A DNA stretch of 64,000 nucleotides, from assembly GCA_045643205.1 (NCBI GenBank), contig JAZUKI010000010.1, positions 64,001-128,000 of the forward strand. The letters are read 5' to 3'. Shown here piece after piece: positions 59,155 through 64,000 of the stretch. Each line of letters starts with the position of its first letter. Position 1 is the stretch's first letter. Under the pieces are notes generated by a model. That model did no database searches. It was not told where the DNA came from and saw only the letters and a program-made list of their open reading frames with translations. The DNA comes from Clostridia bacterium (GTDB lineage: Bacteria > Bacillota > Clostridia > TANB77 > CAG-508). Made by a program: the position numbers and the translations under genes.

Positions 59155-60774
59155 ATGATAACAACTTTACACATTCAAAATATAGGAATTATAGATGATT
59201 TAAATGTAGAACTAGAAAATGGGTTTAATGTTTTTACAGGTGAAACTGGAGCAGGTAAAACATTAATTATTGATGCAATAAACATTATTTCTGGAGGCAG
59301 ATTTTCAAAAGAAATGATCAGAAAAGGTGCAGACTTTTCATTTGTTGAATTGAATTTATATCTACCTAATAATGAGCTAGCTATAGAAAATAATATTATA
59401 GTAAGCAGAGAAATAAATTTAAATGGTAAAAATCAATGCAAAATAAATGGAAGAATGGTAACTGTTACAGAATTAAAAGAATTCATGAATAGCATAATAG
59501 ATATTCATGGACAAAACGATAATCAGAAAATCCTTAATCCTAAATATCACATTAAGTATTTAGATAATTATGGTGTAGAAACAATTAAAACAAATCTAGA
59601 AAATTATAAAGAACTATATAAAAAATATGTTGAAATAAAAACAGCATTAAAAGACAACCTTGGAGATGACAAAGAAAGACAGCGTGAACTTGATTTACTA
59701 CAATATCAATTTGATGAAATTGATAAGGCAAAATTAAAAAATGATGAAGAAGAAACATTAAAAGAAAAGAGTACATTATTTCAAAATTCAGAAAAAATAG
59801 TTAGCAATTTAAATGAAGTAGTAGAACAAAGTGATAATGCAATTGATATAGTAAACAATGCAATTAAAGCATTAGATAAAATTAGCAGTATAGACAAAAA
59901 GTATGATGAAAAATTATCAGAATTAAAAAGCATTTATTATGAAATAGATGAATTTTCAAGAGATATTGCAAGCTTAAATGAGGATGTTTATTTTGATGAA
60001 GATGAAAGAAATGAAATAGAAGAAAGATTAGATTTAATTACTTCTCTTAAAAGAAAATATGGAAATAGTATAGAAGAAATAATTGAATATAAAGAAAAGA
60101 TTGAAGCGGATATTGAAAAAATAAATAATTTAGATGAAACCAATAATAAACTTAGAAAAGAATTAAAAGAAATTGAAATTAAAATGGAAGAATATGGCAA
60201 TAGATTACATGAAGATAGAATTAGAATCAGCCAAGAATTATGTGAAAAAATAAACAAAGAACTACAAGAATTAGAAATGCCAAATGCTAAATTTTATATA
60301 GAAATTACAGATAATAAATCATTCAATAAGCGTGGAAAAGACAATATCGAATTCTATATATCAACTAACATTGGTGAAGATAAAAAAGAATTAGTAAAAA
60401 CAGCATCAGGTGGCGAAATGTCAAGAATTATGCTAGCAATAAAAACAGTTTTTGCTAATACAGATAATACTCCAATTATGATTTTTGATGAAATAGATAC
60501 TGGAATTAGTGGAAAAGCAGCTAATTCAGTGGGCTCTAAACTAAAATTAATTGGAAAGAATCATCAAGTAATTTGCATTACACATCAACCAAGCATTGCT
60601 GCCAAAGGAGACCAAAACTATTATATTAGCAAAGAAACAAAAGATGATAGAACACATACTCTTATTAAGCACTTGAAAGAATTAGAAGTATTAAATGAGA
60701 TAGCAAGAATAGCTTCTGGAACAATCTCAGACATTTCTTTAGCTCATGCAAAAGAACTTAGAAATGCAGTTTAA
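59155..60774 (+). CDS. recN: DNA repair protein RecN
   Basis: FTGETGAGKT, DIHGQ, coiled coil, ASGGEMSR, FDEIDTGISG, ITHQP; ATG at 59155. Confidence 0.96.
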   Translation: MITTLHIQNIGIIDDLNVELENGFNVFTGETGAGKTLIIDAINIISGGRFSKEMIRKGADFSFVELNLYLPNNELAIENNIIVSREINLNGKNQCKINGRMVTVTELKEFMNSIIDIHGQNDNQKILNPKYHIKYLDNYGVETIKTNLENYKELYKKYVEIKTALKDNLGDDKERQRELDLLQYQFDEIDKAKLKNDEEETLKEKSTLFQNSEKIVSNLNEVVEQSDNAIDIVNNAIKALDKISSIDKKYDEKLSELKSIYYEIDEFSRDIASLNEDVYFDEDERNEIEERLDLITSLKRKYGNSIEEIIEYKEKIEADIEKINNLDETNNKLRKELKEIEIKMEEYGNRLHEDRIRISQELCEKINKELQELEMPNAKFYIEITDNKSFNKRGKDNIEFYISTNIGEDKKELVKTASGGEMSRIMLAIKTVFANTDNTPIMIFDEIDTGISGKAANSVGSKLKLIGKNHQVICITHQPSIAAKGDQNYYISKETKDDRTHTLIKHLKELEVLNEIARIASGTISDISLAHAKELRNAV

Positions 60775-60795
60775 GGAGCATTTGTTATAAAACTA

Positions 60796-60844
60796 AAAAG
60801 GATGAAAAAAGAACAAAATGTTCAAAATTTTCATCCTTTTTTTT
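60796..60844 (+). terminator. Intrinsic terminator after recN
   Basis: AAAAAGGATGAAAA / TTTTCATCCTTTTT stem with T-tract. Confidence 0.8.
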
Positions 60845-60995
60845 ATGAATAAGTTGATAATAAAAGAATTTTTAAAACAGGGCATTTTAAAGTACCTTTT
60901 TTGTGCTTAAAACCTTTACAAAATAATGGTTTTGAAATATAATGTATGTGCATATTTTATGCTCAAAAACCATTCGAAAAAGGAGACTTAAAACT

Positions 60996-62513
60996 ATGGA
61001 AAAAGACAACCAAAATAGTGTTGAGGAAGAAGTAGAATTAACACAAGAAGATTATAACAAATTAATGAAAGTTAGATTGGATAAACTTGAGGCATTAAGA
61101 GCTGAAGGAAAAGATCCTTTTGAAATTACTAAATTTAATAGAACACATTTAACATCTGAAATTAAGGCAGACTTTGATAATCTTGAAAATAAAGATGTTA
61201 CAATTGCTGGAAGAATTATGAGCAAGAGAGTTATGGGTAAAGCATCATTCTGCCATATTCAAGATGGTGATGGCAAAATCCAATTATATGTTTCTATCAA
61301 TGAATTAGGAGAAGATTCTTATAAACACTTTAAGGAATATGATATTGGTGATTTTATTGGAGTTACTGGATTTGTTTTTAAAACAAAAACTGAAGAAATT
61401 TCAGTTCATGCAAAAGAAGTAACTTTATTAAGCAAATCATTAAGACCACTTCCAGAAAAATTCCATGGATTAAAGGATACAGATTTAAGATATAGACAAA
61501 GATATGTTGATTTAATTATGAATCCAGAAGTTAAAGAAACATTCTTAAAGAGAATTCAAATCACTAAAGAAATTAGAAATTTCTTAGATGAAAGAGGATA
61601 TAAAGAAGTTGAAACACCAATTTTAAATACAATCTCTGGTGGAGCTTCAGCAAGACCTTTCATTACACATCACAATTCATTAGATATAGATATGTATTTA
61701 AGAATTGCAACTGAATTAAATTTAAAGAGATTAATAGTTGGTGGATTTGATAAAGTTTATGAATTAGGAAGAGTATTCAGAAATGAAGGAATGGACATTC
61801 GCCATAATCCTGAATTTACATCACTTGAATTTTATGCAAGTTACGAAAACATTGAAGACATGATGAATATTACAGAAGAAATGTTTAGAACAATTTGCAA
61901 AAAAGTAACTGGTAAAGAAGTAATTACATATCAAGGAACAGAAATAGATTTAAGCAAACCATTTAGAAGAGTTAAAATGATTGATGCTATCAAAGAAGCT
62001 ACAGGAATAGATTTCAATGAAATTAAAACTGATGAAGAAGCTCAAGAAGCATTAAAGAAAATTGGACTTGAAGTAAATCCTATTAAGAAAACAAGAGGAG
62101 ATATTATTGCTCAAATTGCAGATGAAAAAGTTGAAGAAACATTAATTCAACCTACATTTATGTATGAATATCCAATAGAAAATTCACCTCTTGCAAAGAA
62201 AGTGCCAGGAAACCCAATGTTTACTCAAAGATTTGAGTTATTTATTGATGGTAGAGAATATGGAAATGCTTTCTCAGAATTAAATGATCCAATTGATCAA
62301 AGAGAAAGATTCTTAAACGAAATCAAAAACCGTGAAAATGGAGATGATGAAGCTGGTATGATGGATGATGATTTCATTAGAGCTTTAGAGATTGGATTAC
62401 CTCCAACAGGTGGTTGCGGAATTGGAATTGATAGATTCATTATGTTATTAACAGATGCAGCTTCAATTAGAGATGTTATTTTGTTCCCAACAATGAAGCC
62501 TGAAGATTTATAA
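60996..62513 (+). CDS. lysS: Lysyl-tRNA synthetase (class II)
   Basis: [44 protein letters not shown]; ATG at 60996 after AAGGAG. Confidence 0.97.
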   Translation: MEKDNQNSVEEEVELTQEDYNKLMKVRLDKLEALRAEGKDPFEITKFNRTHLTSEIKADFDNLENKDVTIAGRIMSKRVMGKASFCHIQDGDGKIQLYVSINELGEDSYKHFKEYDIGDFIGVTGFVFKTKTEEISVHAKEVTLLSKSLRPLPEKFHGLKDTDLRYRQRYVDLIMNPEVKETFLKRIQITKEIRNFLDERGYKEVETPILNTISGGASARPFITHHNSLDIDMYLRIATELNLKRLIVGGFDKVYELGRVFRNEGMDIRHNPEFTSLEFYASYENIEDMMNITEEMFRTICKKVTGKEVITYQGTEIDLSKPFRRVKMIDAIKEATGIDFNEIKTDEEAQEALKKIGLEVNPIKKTRGDIIAQIADEKVEETLIQPTFMYEYPIENSPLAKKVPGNPMFTQRFELFIDGREYGNAFSELNDPIDQRERFLNEIKNRENGDDEAGMMDDDFIRALEIGLPPTGGCGIGIDRFIMLLTDAASIRDVILFPTMKPEDL

Positions 62514-62522
62514 GGAGTATAA

Positions 62523-63272
62523 ATGTATTTTAGTAGTTTAACATCCAATCCTTTAACTTTAGGATTGTTGATATTGTTAGGTGTAGAACAAACAAGTAGA
62601 TATATTAGAAGTGGAGGAACAATACAAGAATTACTAATTATGGTTTTCGCTGTATTAGTTTCTATAACATTCCATGAGTTTGCTCATGCGTTTGTTGCAG
62701 ATAAACTTGGAGATGAAACACCTAGAAATAAGAAAAGATTAACACTTAATCCATTAGCACATATAGATCCAATTGGATTGGTATTATTAATATTTTGCCG
62801 TTTTGGTTGGGGAAAACCTGTTGAAATAAATCCTTATAATTTTAAAAGAAGTATTTCTATGAAAAAAGGAACTGCACTTGTATCAATTGCAGGACCAATA
62901 ATGAATTTTATTTTAGCATTAGTTTTTTCAATTATATTTGGATTAATTATTAGATTTTGCCCATACGAATTTTTATTAACAGGAACAGGCGTAACTATAG
63001 TAAAAATATTACAAGCATTAATATCAATTAATGTTGGACTTGGAGTTTTTAATTTAATTCCATTACCACCATTAGATGGATCAAAAATTTTAGTAGCAAT
63101 ACTTCCAAACAAAGCAAGAAATTGGTATATAAGCCGTGAAAAATTATTATCAATCATTTTCTTAATTGTTTGGGTTACACCAATAGCAAGTTATATTATT
63201 TCACCGGCTATTAATTGGATATCAGATCAATTATTTAATTTAATTAGTTTTATAGCTATTGGGCACATATAA
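62523..63272 (+). CDS. Site-2 protease (M50 family)
   Basis: HEFAH zinc motif, TLNPLAHID, AGP, FNLIPLPPLDG. Confidence 0.93.
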   Translation: MYFSSLTSNPLTLGLLILLGVEQTSRYIRSGGTIQELLIMVFAVLVSITFHEFAHAFVADKLGDETPRNKKRLTLNPLAHIDPIGLVLLIFCRFGWGKPVEINPYNFKRSISMKKGTALVSIAGPIMNFILALVFSIIFGLIIRFCPYEFLLTGTGVTIVKILQALISINVGLGVFNLIPLPPLDGSKILVAILPNKARNWYISREKLLSIIFLIVWVTPIASYIISPAINWISDQLFNLISFIAIGHI

Positions 63273-63306
63273 AAAATAAGCAAAATTTTATTGAAAGGAG
63301 TGGCAT

Positions 63307-64000
63307 ATGAAAAAAGATATTATAACAATGGGAATAGAATCTAGTTGTGATGAAACATCAGTTGCTATTGTAAAAAATGGTAGAGAAGTTTTATCAAATG
63401 TTATTAATACACAAATTCCTATCCACACTTTATATGGAGGGGTTGTTCCTGAAATAGCTTCTCGTAATCACATAGAAAATATTTCAACTGTTGCACACGA
63501 AGCAATAAAATTAGCTGGAATAAAGTTTGAAGATATAGATGTAATTGCACCAACATATGGTCCAGGATTAGTTGGAGCTCTTTTAGTTGGATTATCTTAT
63601 GCAAAAGCAGTTAGTTATTCATTAGATAAACCACTAGTTGGAGTAAATCATCTTGAAGGACATATTGCTGCAAACTACATAACATATGAAGAATTAAAGC
63701 CACCATTCATTTGCATGATGATGTCAGGTGGAAACACACAAATTGTATTAGTTAAAGATTATACTGAATTTGAAGTGTTAGGAAGAACTGTTGATGATGC
63801 AATTGGAGAGGCTTTTGACAAAACAGCAAGAGTTATAGGACTTGGTTATCCAGGAGGACCAAAGATTGATCAACTAGCTCAAGAAGGACAACCAACAATA
63901 GAAATTCCAAAAACTCATTTTGATAATTTAGATTTTAGTTTTAGTGGAATTAAAACTGCAGTTATAAATTTACATCATAAAAATCCACAAATAAATAAAG
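63307..64000 (+). CDS. tsaD: tRNA N6-threonylcarbamoyltransferase TsaD (partial, runs off window)
   Basis: Not in the ORF track; [59 protein letters not shown]. Confidence 0.95.
   Translation, partial: MKKDIITMGIESSCDETSVAIVKNGREVLSNVINTQIPIHTLYGGVVPEIASRNHIENISTVAHEAIKLAGIKFEDIDVIAPTYGPGLVGALLVGLSYAKAVSYSLDKPLVGVNHLEGHIAANYITYEELKPPFICMMMSGGNTQIVLVKDYTEFEVLGRTVDDAIGEAFDKTARVIGLGYPGGPKIDQLAQEGQPTIEIPKTHFDNLDFSFSGIKTAVINLHHKNPQINK

Noticed and set aside
60811-60823. GAAC-AAAAT-GTTC as a LexA box
   Set aside because: 5-bp spacer and lies in the recN terminator loop; may instead belong to the terminator-loop relic family
101-63604. Numerous short antisense or overlapping ORFs in the six-frame track (e.g. 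1859-2566, 49810-50346, 63419-63604)
   Set aside because: Lie antisense or out of frame within well-supported genes and show shadow-ORF composition (S/F/L/I-rich)

Overview
A low-GC (AT-rich) Firmicutes chromosome segment, most likely from an uncultured, genome-reduced Clostridia lineage. It holds about 52 mostly + strand genes: an ABC transporter and XRE regulator, a U32 protein, a glgP-pyk-ppaC-hydCBA fermentation cluster, rusA, cell-wall enzymes, rnhA, tmcAL, xerD, a degenerate ThrRS paralog, a split UDP-GlcNAc synthesis pair, rimP-nusA-infB-rbfA-nrnA-truB, 6S RNA, prmC-whiA-hemW, cdaA-truA, tig-clpP-clpX, a GH57/DUF4912/GT4 glucan cluster, recG, recN, lysS, a site-2 protease and a partial tsaD. 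No prophage, CRISPR or intact IS is visible. The most interesting signals concern translation. (1) A stand-alone tRNA with its own promoter and terminator has anticodon CCG but lacks Arg identity elements (C20, U73, A37), has a tRNA-Gly-like body and a bulged anticodon stem. (2) I found no in-frame CGG codon and no TGA stop in any called gene by manual scan. (3) A truncated ThrRS paralog has lost its Zn/Thr-pocket and anticodon-reading residues. Together these suggest a possible non-standard decoding or aminoacylation system; this is inference and needs Codetta or proteomics. Also notable are eroded IS3-like termini in several terminator loops and a run of apparent pseudoenzymes. Family assignments come from motif recognition by eye; no searches were run.
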